Under the pieces are notes generated by a model. It saw only the letters and a program-made list of their open reading frames with translations. It ran no database searches and was not told where the DNA came from. A DNA stretch of 63,268 nt, filler included, from Octopus bimaculoides (lineage: Eukaryota): the NCBI RefSeq assembly GCF_001194135.2. It is 5 parts of 4 records of this genome, joined end to end, with 100 filler letters (N's around TTAATTAATTAA, not from the genome) between each part and the next. Parts side by side here need not be neighbours in the genome. Positions count along the whole stretch, not along the records: positions 40,170 to 59,491 come from NC_068982.1; positions 59,592 to 63,268 come from NC_068982.1; 3 more parts are not named here. The stretch is one strand, 5' to 3'. The position numbers and the translations under genes were made by a program. Positions 52,510 through 63,268 of this stretch are shown here, in pieces (position 1 is the first letter of the stretch; each line of letters begins with the position of its first letter).

Positions 52510-52684
52510 TACTGGAAATTTTGATATTAACAGCGCAGATGGTAATTCTGGAGCAATATCTCCCAACCGACTAAAAAGGACAGCAACTATCTCGATCGAG
52601 ATTGCAATCACGAAACTAAAAACAAAGAACTTGAAGAGAAGCATGATATAAAAGCTGACATAGATTTCTCTTCGAGGAATATTC

Positions 52685-52760
52685 TTTTCTACTCTAGGCG
52701 CAAGGCCCGAAATTTTGGGGGAAGGAGCCAGTCGACTAGATCGACTCCAGTACGCAACTG
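52685..52760 (-). mobile_element. SINE family B 3' fragment (5'-truncated)
   Basis: TTTCTACTCTAGGCGCAAGGCCCGAAATTTTGGGGGAAGG matches 57527-57570. Confidence 0.8.
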
Positions 52761-54655
52761 AAGAACACAGCGGTACGCTCTACCAAAGAATTGCAACCGC
52801 TCTTGCCTTTGGCGATGCTTTCCTTGTGACTTTACAACCGAGGAAACTATGCAAGTATTAGTATTTCATTACCGCAGATACGCATGATACTACGAAAGTT
52901 TTGCCGTTTGTTTGTCGTTCCAAGAAGCTTGAATCTTGACATTGATTTTAGTAAGTAGAGGTTCACTGGACGATCCGCCTGACTCTCATCTTTGACTGCC
53001 GAATCATTGAGAAGGCGGAGCAAGGCGACTGGAAGTATAGCAAGATGCAATGTGACAACCAAATCTACCTACGTGTCTTACCGTGCTCTGAGGTACGTGT
53101 CATACAGAGACGTTCTAGGTATAGCGTTTTTGCGCGTTCAAACGACTATCAATGGTAACGTTTATTCCATACATTACAGAGGAAATCCAGGCTTCACATG
53201 TGTAGGGTACACCAAAGCCTTAAAGAATTTTACCGAGAATTTAAAACTTGCCAGCCGCCCTCGACTTAATTTAGACTACCAGCTGCTTAAAAGGTGACTC
53301 CAGATGCAGAGAGTTTGAAGAGCAACAACTGAGATGAAAGGGAATTGACAATGCTCCTTAGTAAAGGTGTTCTCTCCCGGACATTTTACACTTCCTGAAA
53401 TAGAGTATGAAAGCAAAATAAAAATAACTAATAAGAAATTACAGCAAACATATGGAGATCGTTGAATCAAAAGAATGTTGGTGGAACCTATGAATAAAAG
53501 CAGTTATCAAATTTAAACACAATCGACACGCTTAAAAGATTCCAATACCTTCAGACAATACTTGGTCAAATCACTCCAAGAAATAGCAAACGAGCTGCTG
53601 ACTCAAATGTATGTTTCTTTCGATATCTACTTCTTATTCGATTGGGATATGGCGTCTTAAAAGACTTCATCATATGATGCTACAAACTTAGGCAAGCCTG
53701 ATTCAATACTAGTTGAAACTTGAGATTATCTATATTACTTAGTTGCTCTTGTTTCTGAATATATCTCCATATATGGGCTAGAAAATGTAATCTCCTTAAC
53801 GTAGGCCGGAGCATGGAGTTTAAAAACTCGGTGTTATTTAAACTCTACAGTGCTAGATGTGTACATTATATATNNNNNNNNNNNNNNNNNNNNNNNNNNN
53901 ATATGTGTGTGTGTGAGTAAAAATAAATACAAAAAAAGGGTTTTGTATGATCGTGTATAGAGGAATATATTATTTTATTTAAAAGAGTTCCAATTCTGTC
54001 TGTTTTTTTTATGTTTTATTTATATTCTTGTAAAATTAATGTGGGATATAGAATATGGAATATATAATATATAATATAAAAATGGATGGTACAATGAGAT
54101 GAAGTATTGAATGTCCTATTGAATATATGAAATATGTCTTATTGGATTATGAAATATTGAGTGTTCAATATAAAGAATTAAATATATAAAGGCTAGGGCT
54201 AGGAAATAAACTTCTTACCACACAGCCGCGACTGCACACACATGTTTGTATGTATGTGAGTGAGTGTGTATACATGTGTGTGTGTGTATGTGTGTGTAGT
54301 ATAGAATAAGTATGAAGCTGATAGCTGGATGTTGAAAGTATTTAAAATGCATATGGCTCTCATTGTCCCCAGATGTCACGTCAGCGACATTTCTGTCACA
54401 GTTGTAACAGGGCATGACAAGGTTGTCACGAAACACAGACATCATTGGCCCATCCATCTGTCTACCAGCTGCCTGATATTTGGTGCCTGTTAATGCATGA
54501 TATAACAACGGTAAGGCATATAAATGCAAAAAAAGAAAATAGATAGCTAGATAAAGGGATAAAGAGAGAGAAAGATAGATAAATATATGTGCATGTATGC
54601 ATGCACACACACATATACGTGTGTGTGTGTATTTGTAAGTTTCTCTCTCTCTCTC

Positions 54656-54688
<33 letters not shown>

Positions 54689-54698
54689 NNNNNNNNNN

Positions 54699-54737
<39 letters not shown>

Positions 54738-54815
54738 AAAGGATTTTCAACCCAATGTTTACATACTATTATTTATAGCTTTATATGTACTTCGAGAACC
54801 AATTCCAAAACAAGA

Positions 54816-54851
<36 letters not shown>

Positions 54852-55710
54852 TATACGTATGTATATAATCACCTAAATACAAATATACGTACATGCACAT
54901 TAATTTATATACATGCATACATTACATGTGCGCGCGTGCGCGCGTACGTATGTATGTGTGTGTGTAGGGAACATTCTTTTAAAACCTTATTATATTATAA
55001 ATACAAGTGTTTCAGGTTTATGTATCAAGAAATGAATGTATGCATCTACGATTTAGAACTCAAAACCTTCTCGTCAATGTGAAACCGCAATCCAGCAAAC
55101 CACAGAACATATTTCAAGTAACCAACGTATAAAATACAAATCTCAATGTAAACATGAAAGTAAAAAATTTTATGACACACACTGTGACGTGGGCTCACGT
55201 TGGTTGACTGTGCATTTATAACAAGGAGCTAGTGCACATAATATTACAGACAGCAAAACAAAACTAAGAAAAATATTCGCTCATAACACTTATTATCTAA
55301 TATTAAAAAAATCTCGCAAAATCTAGCTATAGAAGATGTATGATATGATGGTAGCTAAATCAAAAGTGCAGACAGATTTCTATCATTTCTTAAAAGGAAT
55401 GCTTGAAAATTGCAAACTGTAATGCATGAAAATTGAGGCAGTATCGAAAATCCACAAATAAAAGAAGCATTTATTTATCCAGCAATACGGTGTTGCGTAC
55501 TTATTGTCAGTGTTCGTCAGTAATGTGTATATACATATGAATGTGTGTGTGATTGTATGTGTGTATGTTTGTGCGTGTGTGCGCGCACGTGTAAGCATGT
55601 GCATGTACATGTGTGAATCTGCATGACATAGAGATTCGTTTCTCAGACCGGGTGACATGTTGCGTTCTTGAATAAAATACTTTTATTTCATGTTGCTGTA
55701 ATCCACTCAC

Positions 55711-55732
55711 CTGAAATTAGTAACAGCGACAA
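55711..55732 (-). CDS. Candidate 22-nt micro-exon
   Basis: Long pyrimidine tract TTGTTTGTTTTGTTTTTTTTACTTCCAG, donor CAG|GTGAGT; reads LSLLLIS (phase 0 to 1) or VAVTNF. Confidence 0.25.
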
Positions 55733-57223
55733 CTGGAAGTAAAAAAAACAAAACAAACAATAATGATTTGAAAGAAAAGTAAGCCAAGAAATGCGATTAA
55801 CACGGTATTAATTTAACGTTTGAGATGAATATGAAATATTTTAACGTTTCAGATGTTAGTTCTTCAGAAAATATAAAAAAATACGGAGAGGAAACATGGT
55901 GGGGGTGAGGCAGAGAGAATAAAAATGTGTCTGTGTGTAAAAATGTATTAGAATGATAAAATAATTAGAGGGGAAAGAAGACCGGAGATCATAGGGTTTT
56001 TAAATGAGGGAAAATATAGTTTTATGTGAGAGAGTTAAAAGGTAAGGAAGACGGGTGTCAGAGGGTTTGCTTTTGTTTTTTGGATACATGGTAGCGAACT
56101 TTTGGGAGATGGTGCTTGAGTGTTTTTAGAGGAGTGTATTATTTGTTTGTATAGAATGTTCGTAAATTTAATGGCGTTGTTAGTTAGTGTCGAAAACTGA
56201 AGAGACGGGAGAAATACATATAAAAAAAAGAATGAAACTTCTTTGATCTACGCTTGTTTGATCAGGGCTAACCTTGGGCTAACCAATAACAACACATAGC
56301 ACGTATCTCTTCGGTTCAATCTTTATATACAATTAAAGAAGAAATGTTCTAAAATTCCTGTTTTTAACTTACGTTTCTAGATTTAAAAAAATATTTTTAA
56401 ATAAATAATATTTAGGGAGGTGTGTGGTGGTGGTAGTGGTAAAATTGAACTAATTCCAACAAGTTGAAAATGAAATATTTTTGTTAGGAGAGCATAAGAT
56501 ATAACTGGGTATATTAGTATAACCGGTTAAAAAAAAGGGTGGAGTTTGTGTGACATTATTACAGCTTCAGAAATTTGTGTTTGGTATTGATTGTTGTTGT
56601 TGATGGTGGTGTTGTTGTTCTTGTTGCTGTTTTTGTGGTGGGGCTGCTGGTGTTGGTGGTGACGCATTTAGCAATAGCATTCGTTTGTAGCAGGAGAATG
56701 TTGATGGCGCTGATGTGGGGATGGAGGGGTTGGGTGATGTTGATATGTGACGCAGTGGTGAGGCAGGTTAATGATATGGTGGTGGCGGTGTTATTGGTAA
56801 TGTTGGAGTGGTTAGTAGTAGTAGTAGTAGTATAGTGGCGGCGCGGTGGTGGTGGTGGTGGTGGTAGTGGTGCTGATAGTGACAGTGTGATTAAAGCAGG
56901 TGATGGTGGCGGCGGTGATTTTTTTGTCTTTGCTTTTGTTGTTGTTTTTGAGAGTAAAATGTCAACATGGTGAAGAGTCTGTCACATCAAAGGAGATATG
57001 AGAAGGTTGTCACTGCAGATCACAGAGCAAAGTGAAGGGAACGTGGTGAAGGGAGTGGTAGGGTGGGAGTGAGCTGGGTGGTATGACGGGTGGGTGGCAT
57101 TGGTGGAGGGGTGGAGTGGATACTGCTAATAATAATAATACCAGTGATGAGGGTCACAATAAATAGTAACCCTAACCATAATGATGATTTTGATGATGAT
57201 GATGATGATGTTAGTATTTTGTT

Positions 57224-57303
57224 TGTTGTTTAACTCCAGGTCAGCTCTGATGGGACAGACCTATGGCCAAAGACATTCCAACCGTGACCATCCTGTATTT
57301 TTT
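57224..57303 (+). repeat. Short interspersed repeat family D
   Basis: TTGTTTAACTCCAGGTCAGCTCTGAT...CATTCCAACCGTGACCATCC; similar to 59016-59100. Confidence 0.55.
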
Positions 57304-57479
57304 CCAATGTGTGAGGAGAAACCACGAATGCATTATCTAGCGAGCTCTTCTTTTCTAAGGGGATTGTTTTAATTAAGGTAGATTTCGCTGCTATCTCTAA
57401 AATGTTAAGCCACCTTGTAGAGGCTTTCTTCTTTGGCTCGATGATGATGATGATGATGATGATAATGTAACTGAGTTGC

Positions 57480-57526
<47 letters not shown>

Positions 57527-57739
57527 GCCTTTTCTACTCTAGACACAACGCCCGAAATTTTGGGGGAAGGGACCAGTCGATTATAACGATCCCAGTCGCA
57601 ACTGGTACTTAATTTATCGACCCCGAAAGAATGAAAGGCAAAGTCGACCTCGGCGGAATTCGAACTCAGAACGTAAAGACGGACGAAATGCCGCTAAGCA
57701 TTCTGCCCAGCGTGCTAACGATTCTGCCAGCTCGCCGCC
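57527..57739 (-). mobile_element. SINE family B, tandem copy 1
   Basis: Full length, long (ATT)n sense tail. Confidence 0.9.
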
Positions 57740-57749
57740 ATAATAATAA

Positions 57750-57950
57750 CCCTTTCTACTAAAGGCACAAGACCTGAAATTCGGAGGGGGTGGGGATAAA
57801 TCGATTAAATCGACTCCAGTCTTTCACTGGTACTTAATCTATCGACCCCGAAAGGATGAAAGGTAAAAAGTCGACCTTGAACGTAGCGACGGGCGAAATA
57901 CCGCTAAGCATTTCGTCCAGCGTGCTAACGATTCTGCCAAGTTCGCCGCC
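57750..57950 (-). mobile_element. SINE family B, tandem copy 2 (internal deletion)
   Basis: Lacks the B-box segment (GTCGACCTTGAACGTAG). Confidence 0.9.
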
Positions 57951-57966
57951 TAATAACAATGATGAT

Positions 57967-58163
57967 CCTTTTTGCTAAAGGCCTGAATTTTGGGGGACGA
58001 GGTAAGTCGATTAGATCGACCTCAGTACTCAACTGGTACTTGTTTTATCGACCCCGAAAGGATGAAAGGTGAAGGTCACCTCGGCGGAATTTGGACTCAG
58101 AACATAGCGACGGGCGTAACACCGCTAAGCATTTCGTCCAGCGTGCTAACGATTCTACCAGCT
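57967..58163 (-). mobile_element. SINE family B, tandem copy 3
   Basis: Same body; separated from copy 2 by a short AAT/GAT spacer. Confidence 0.9.
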
Positions 58164-59015
58164 AATAATAATGATTTCTTTATTAACCACAAAGGTTTAC
58201 ATTAAGAAAAAACATTATGGACAGTATAAGACAAAACAAAGAATGTATGTGAGTGTGTTGATAATGTCAACAACAAATAATAATTATCGTTGACGATATT
58301 AAAGAAACATTATTACTCGTTTTGTTATCATCATCATTATCATCATCATCATCATTAATAGTAGTATTATTATTAATCTTACACCACCACCACTGCCAGT
58401 AACACCACCACCACCACCACCACCACCACCACCATCATCATCATTATCATCATTATTATCAGAGTGGTAGGTGGGGTATGAAAGACGAGAGGCCAGTTAA
58501 ATATATGCTTTTTATATTTTGTAATTATCTGTCTTTCATCTTCGCTCTGATGTTTTTTGATGTGACAATCGGTTGGGTCACATGATTTCTTCGTATCCCC
58601 ACCTCCCACCATCCCTCACTCACTTCCCCCCTCTCTCTCTCTTCCTCGCATTCATTCTTTCTCACTCTCTCTCTCTCTTCCCCCAATACTCATAGTCACA
58701 ATTGCACCCATACATCCGTGTCAATTATTTAAAAACAACATGAATAGTAAACATCAAGACTGTAATGATGAGTGGCCAAATGCATTTGTCTTCGAACGAA
58801 AATATCATTACTTTCCTATAGAGGTTGATAGGTTGTCAAGAAGGGCGTAGAAGCGACGGACTAAATCATTTACATTTACAGTATTAAATTACCTATTTCT
58901 AAGCTACGAGTTCATATCAAACCGGATTCCATTTTGTTTTTCGCTTTCCTCGTACGATAAAGCAACCATTGGTCGTCGTCGCCGTCGTCGTCGTCACCGT
59001 CGTCGTCGTAGTTGT

Positions 59016-59100
59016 TCAATCTAAGGTCAACCCTCATTCAGAAATCAGACATAATGGTCAGAGATGTTCCAGCCATGACTATCCCTTCATTTATTTTTTT
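59016..59100 (+). repeat. Short interspersed repeat family D
   Basis: CTAAGGTCAACCCTCAT...TTCCAGCCATGACTATCCC. Confidence 0.5.
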
Positions 59101-59131
59101 TCAAAATTCGTATGTCTATTCTTTTACTATT

Positions 59132-59360
59132 GCACTTGTTTCAGTCATTGGACTACAGCCAAGCCGGCATATCGCCTATTAGTCGAACAAATCGGAACTA
59201 ATGACTAATTTTTATGTTTAATGCCTATTCTAGCGGTAACCACCAGGTCTCAGATTCAGTCCCATATGTAGCATCTTGGACACATATTATTTTCTTTAGC
59301 CTCGGATTGTCCAATACACTGTGAGTGAAATTGGTGCATGGAAACTGTACGGAAGCATTT
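59132..59360. mobile_element. Two degraded SINE A fragments in opposite orientation
   Basis: 59132-59220 is a minus-strand tail; 59240-59360 is a plus-strand head segment. Confidence 0.5.
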
Positions 59361-59460
59361 CGGAAGACTTGTTCGCCTGAACTTTAAAAAATTAATATTA
59401 CTACTCTTACTCGATTGTGCGCTTTAGAAATTTTAAACAGACTCAGGAAGATGAAATTTT

Positions 59461-59491
<31 letters not shown>

Positions 59492-59535
59492 NNNNNNNNN
59501 NNNNNNNNNNNNNNNNNNNNNNNNNNNNNNNNNNN

Positions 59536-59547
59536 TTAATTAATTAA
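59536..59547. other. Assembly linker TTAATTAATTAA
   Basis: 44 N each side. Confidence 0.95.
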
Positions 59548-61663
59548 NNNNNNNNNNNNNNNNNNNNNNNNNNNNNNNNNNNNNNNNNNNNCCATAATGG
59601 CCATTATTATGGTCATGACCATAATGAAATATGATTTTAATATGATGTTAATAATATGATGTTAATAATGTTAATGATAATAATCTTAATGGAGACTGAG
59701 GACGATGGTGGTGAGGAGGAGGAGGATGGGAAAGAGGGAGGAGGAGTAGGAGGAGGGGGATTGTGCCGCTATATCTGTTTTTATTTATTAATTTTTACTG
59801 AAAATAATAGGAATGAGGCGACTCCAGGTCATCAGCGTTACGCGGGCTCATCACAGATTTCGCATAAGACACGTATATAAAAGAAGGTAAGAGACGTAAT
59901 GCACACCGCAGACTTATATGTGCACGGATGATTTAACAGTAAGAAAATTTGCTGCTTCTCACGTTTTTCCGCAATATTTCTAGCCCCAAATGGCTTATTT
60001 TTTATACCTAGCACTATGACTTTCTTCATTTCTAAGTGAAGGGTAAAAATAAGGCAACCATGAAAAACGCAACTGATCTTTACACACAGACTCACAGAAC
60101 AAGCAATCAAATAATTAAAGCGGACAACATATCAAACATCAGCGATCTGACTGTCACCTGTACACGTGACAAGAGTTGCCTGTTAATCTTTTACACCTAC
60201 CAGGTCCGTTCGTATTAGCCCGAGCTGCTGGATAATTTTTCGCTCCTTTAAGAATATTGTAAAACGGAAACTTTTCATAGATTGGAATTTAAATCTTAAA
60301 CTCTATAGAAATTTATTGCTTCAAGAAAACATTGAATTTGAATTACTTTTAATTTTTACGATTATAGATAACAACTCGGGCTGTAACTTCTGAGCCCGAG
60401 TCAGGCGCGTTTGAACGATGTCGAGAGAACGTCTGCTTAAATAGCACCCATCCTACATCCCCCTACAGGAAGACTAACACAACTTCAACTAAAACGTAAG
60501 GCTTTCTTTACCTAACGCTATTATTATACCACCGTATGCATTATATATCCACTAATTGTTTCTCCTACATCTCTCACACCATGAACTCTTAACATACTCC
60601 TCAACATTCTGAAGAGATGTGCCTAACCATTAGGCAAATTGAAACGTGCGTAAATGACTCATTACATAACCTCCACATAATTAAAACAATGGCTAACTAG
60701 CCCAACCGAATTGCTTCTTCNNNNNNNNNNNNNNNNNNNNNNNNNNNNNNNNNNNNNNNNNNNNNNNNNNNNNNNNNNNNNNNNNNNNNNNNNNNNNNNN
60801 NNNNNNNNNNNNNNNNNNNNNNNNNNNNNNNNNNNNNNNNNNNNNNNNNNNNNNNNNNNNNNNNNNNNNNNNNNNNNNNNNNNNNNNNNNNNNNNNNNNN
60901 NNNNNNNTATATACATACATGTATACATGTGTGTGTGTGTTGTGTTTGTTTGTGTGTGTGTGTGTGTGTGTGTGCGTGTGTGTGTGTGCGTGTGTGTGCG
61001 TGTGTGTGTGTGTGTGTGTGTGCATAATGCATTGAGGATGAAAGAGATCTTGGCAAATTGACTTGGAAGTAACTCCACCCATGTTTGTTAGTATCAAGAA
61101 AGTGCATCGGGAAAGGTAAAACAGTAGCGGCTCTGCGCTGGCCATTTCGAAACCAATCAACGTTTAACACCAAGTTATTTTAAGCAGCATACCCAGCGGC
61201 TTGCCGCAGTAGTCTCAGTAGTATCATAAACGATAACACAGACGCTGACCAGCAATGCAATATATGTCTTTCGGAGATAAACGAAATTTATCACGAACTC
61301 AGTTATCAGATATATCAGCTGCTTAGATACTGGCTTTCACCAAGAACGACCAGATAAACACTCAGATCGCTTCACTCTCTCAACTATTTAGTGAGCTCTA
61401 TCGGTGTTAACACGACTTCAATGACAGTTTTACACAGAAACAATTAAAGGGACAGACGACCATCGAAGCCAACAGTTTTTAAAACTAATACTTTCTACAA
61501 AACATCTATATCAACTAATTATCCAGCTTAGCCTTCATTAAAAGCACATGATAGCTAGCATGTAAAATTATATGCGGATACCTTTATATGTGCGTACACT
61601 CATATCTAACAGGTTCGTGTGCACTCAAACGTGGAGAAACCTACGCTGCGTATATTCAATCGA

Positions 61664-61832
61664 GAGAGAATATGCAAACACACCACTAGACCATGAATGA
61701 CGGACCGGTCACAGTGGACTATGAGCGGCGGATTCGATGTCCATAGCTGATAAAGCATAAGGATTCAGGAACACCTTTCTTACAGTCCGGTAACGTCATT
61801 CATAGATCAGTGGTGTGTTTTCATATAGTCTA
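61664..61832. mobile_element. Small degraded MITE (~43-bp inverted arms)
   Basis: ATATGCAAACACACCACTAGACCATGAATGACGGACCGG vs CCGGTAACGTCATTCATAGATCAGTGGTGTGTTTTCATAT. Confidence 0.75.
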
Positions 61833-62186
61833 CAAGGAGAATTCTTCTCCTCATAAAATTTCTGCAGCTAAGGTATTTCCACGCTTCAATGTACACGAAC
61901 GTGTTAAATAGAATTTTCCCGACTATATTTCAATCACTATTACTTTGTTTCTTTCCTGTTAATGTATGTCTGCTTATAATGTGACTAAACTATTGTGTAA
62001 ATGAACGCCTTATGTTCACTGCAGATAGACGGACAGACAAACATTTTCTGTTTCCGTAATAAGACCTTAGCAGCGTAACGTTATACAGACTCACTTGTAT
62101 GAATGCTCAAATCACACGACTGTGAATCCATACAAATAAACACACGCACACAAATACACACGCATACATACACACTCATACAAATA

Positions 62187-62228
<42 letters not shown>

Positions 62229-62405
62229 NNNNNNNNNNNNNNNNNNNNNNNNNNNNNNNNNNNNNNNNNNNNNNNNNNNNNNNNNNNNNNNNNNNNNNNN
62301 NNNNNNNNNNNNNNNNNNNNNNNNNNNNGTGTGTGTGCGCGCGCGCGTGTATGTGTGTGTGTGCGTGTGTGCGCGCGCGCGCATGTGTGTGTGCGTGTGT
62401 ATATA

Positions 62406-62812
62406 GGCGCAAGAGTGGCTGTGCGGTAAGCAGCTTGCTTACAAGCCGCATGGTTCATTCCCACTGCGTGGCACCTTGGGCAAGTGTCTTCTGCAATAGC
62501 CTCGGGACGACCAAAGCCTTGTGAGTGGATTTAGTATAAGGAAACTGAAAGAAACCCGTCCTACATATATTTGCATGTGTGTGTGTGCGTGTGTGTTTGT
62601 GTATTTGTGTGTGCTTGTGTCTGTATTTGTCCCCCACTATCGTTTGGCAATCGATATTAGTGTGAATACGTACCTGTAACTTAGCGGCTCGGAAAAAGAG
62701 AACGATAGAATAAATACTAGACTTACAAAGAATAAGTCCTGGGATCAATTTGTTCGACTCATGGCGGTGCTCCAGAATGGCCGCAGTCAAATGACTGAAA
62801 CAAGAAAAAAAA
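62406..62812 (+). mobile_element. SINE family A, small deletion in head
   Basis: Head GGCGCAAGAGTGGCTGTGCGGTAAG, tail AAATGACTGAAACAAG. Confidence 0.9.
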
Positions 62813-62930
62813 GTAGAACAATATACATAAATGACATTTGAACTCCGAACCCGAAGACGGATAAAATACCACTAAATGTTTTTCCCGGCGTACTAATGAT
62901 TCGGACACCACCTTTTAGATAGATAGATAG

Positions 62931-63268
62931 AGACTTTTAATTAGCAAGATTGATGAATTTACTCGATTTACACAAGAGGCAAGAGAAAAAGAAGAGAAAG
63001 AACAATCCCTGGAACAGCTCAATCAACATCCGTCCGAATTATGCACCACTCTTCATTCTTTACCTCATAATAACTACTTAAATGAAAATCCACCTACAGA
63101 TGATACACAAGATAGAACCCCCTCCACGCTTATACTATCAATTAAAAACCGCATTATACACATATGGAATGAAAAACTTAAAGCCAGAAAATTTTCCTTC
63201 TGGAACATGATCAAAAACAACCACAAGGCAGAAATTCATGAACGCTGGTTAAACTCTACACCAATAAT
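62931..63268 (+). other. Stop-free reading frame (112 codons) running off the window end; possibly retroelement-derived
   Basis: RLLISKIDEFTRFTQEAREKEEKEQSLEQ...IIHIWNEKLKARKFSFWNMIKNNHKAEIHERWLNSTPII; starts directly after an (AGAT)n tract; absent from the ORF track. Confidence 0.45.

Noticed and set aside
52992-53297. 101-aa ORF (and similar 60-110 aa ORFs at 5384, 14864, 19169, 51995)
   Set aside because: No recognisable domain or convincing splice context; lengths are within chance expectation.
57481-58170. CRISPR-like repeat-spacer array
   Set aside because: Eukaryotic context; the units are ~200-bp SINEs, not short repeats with unique spacers.
27584-59591. Recurrent TTAATTAATTAA palindrome (27628, 34773, 40114, 59536)
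   Set aside because: Always centred in 44 N + 44 N (100 bp total) and gives stops in all frames: a scaffolding linker, not biology.
60374-60401. 9-bp hairpin ACTCGGGCT/AGCCCGAGT as a Helitron 3' end
   Set aside because: No CTRR terminus at the expected distance on either strand.

Overview
Eukaryotic, AT-rich, repeat-dense draft-assembly DNA with no recognisable intact gene. The very high microsatellite load and the recurring tRNA-derived SINE families match my recollection of octopus (coleoid cephalopod) genomes; the species call is an inference, not a database result. There are many N gaps, four of them 100-bp placeholders carrying an artificial TTAATTAATTAA linker. Almost all ORFs in the supplied track are microsatellite or N-run artefacts. 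Content: at least 3 SINE families (over 20 copies); remnants of RLE-type LINEs (R4/Dong-like, HERO-like) and of an L1/Tx1-like RT; a Tc1 transposase 3' end; a probable solo LTR; and about 8 MITE/foldback elements. The standout is a young 424-bp element at 48086-48509 with 88-bp near-perfect TIRs and an exact 8-bp TSD, carrying head-to-head telomeric arrays (TTAGGG)n-(CCCTAA)n. Also notable are a TSD-bounded chimeric SINE (52223-52509), TAA-microsatellite targeting with opposite polarity by two retroelement families, and a speculative phase-compatible chain of minus-strand exons.
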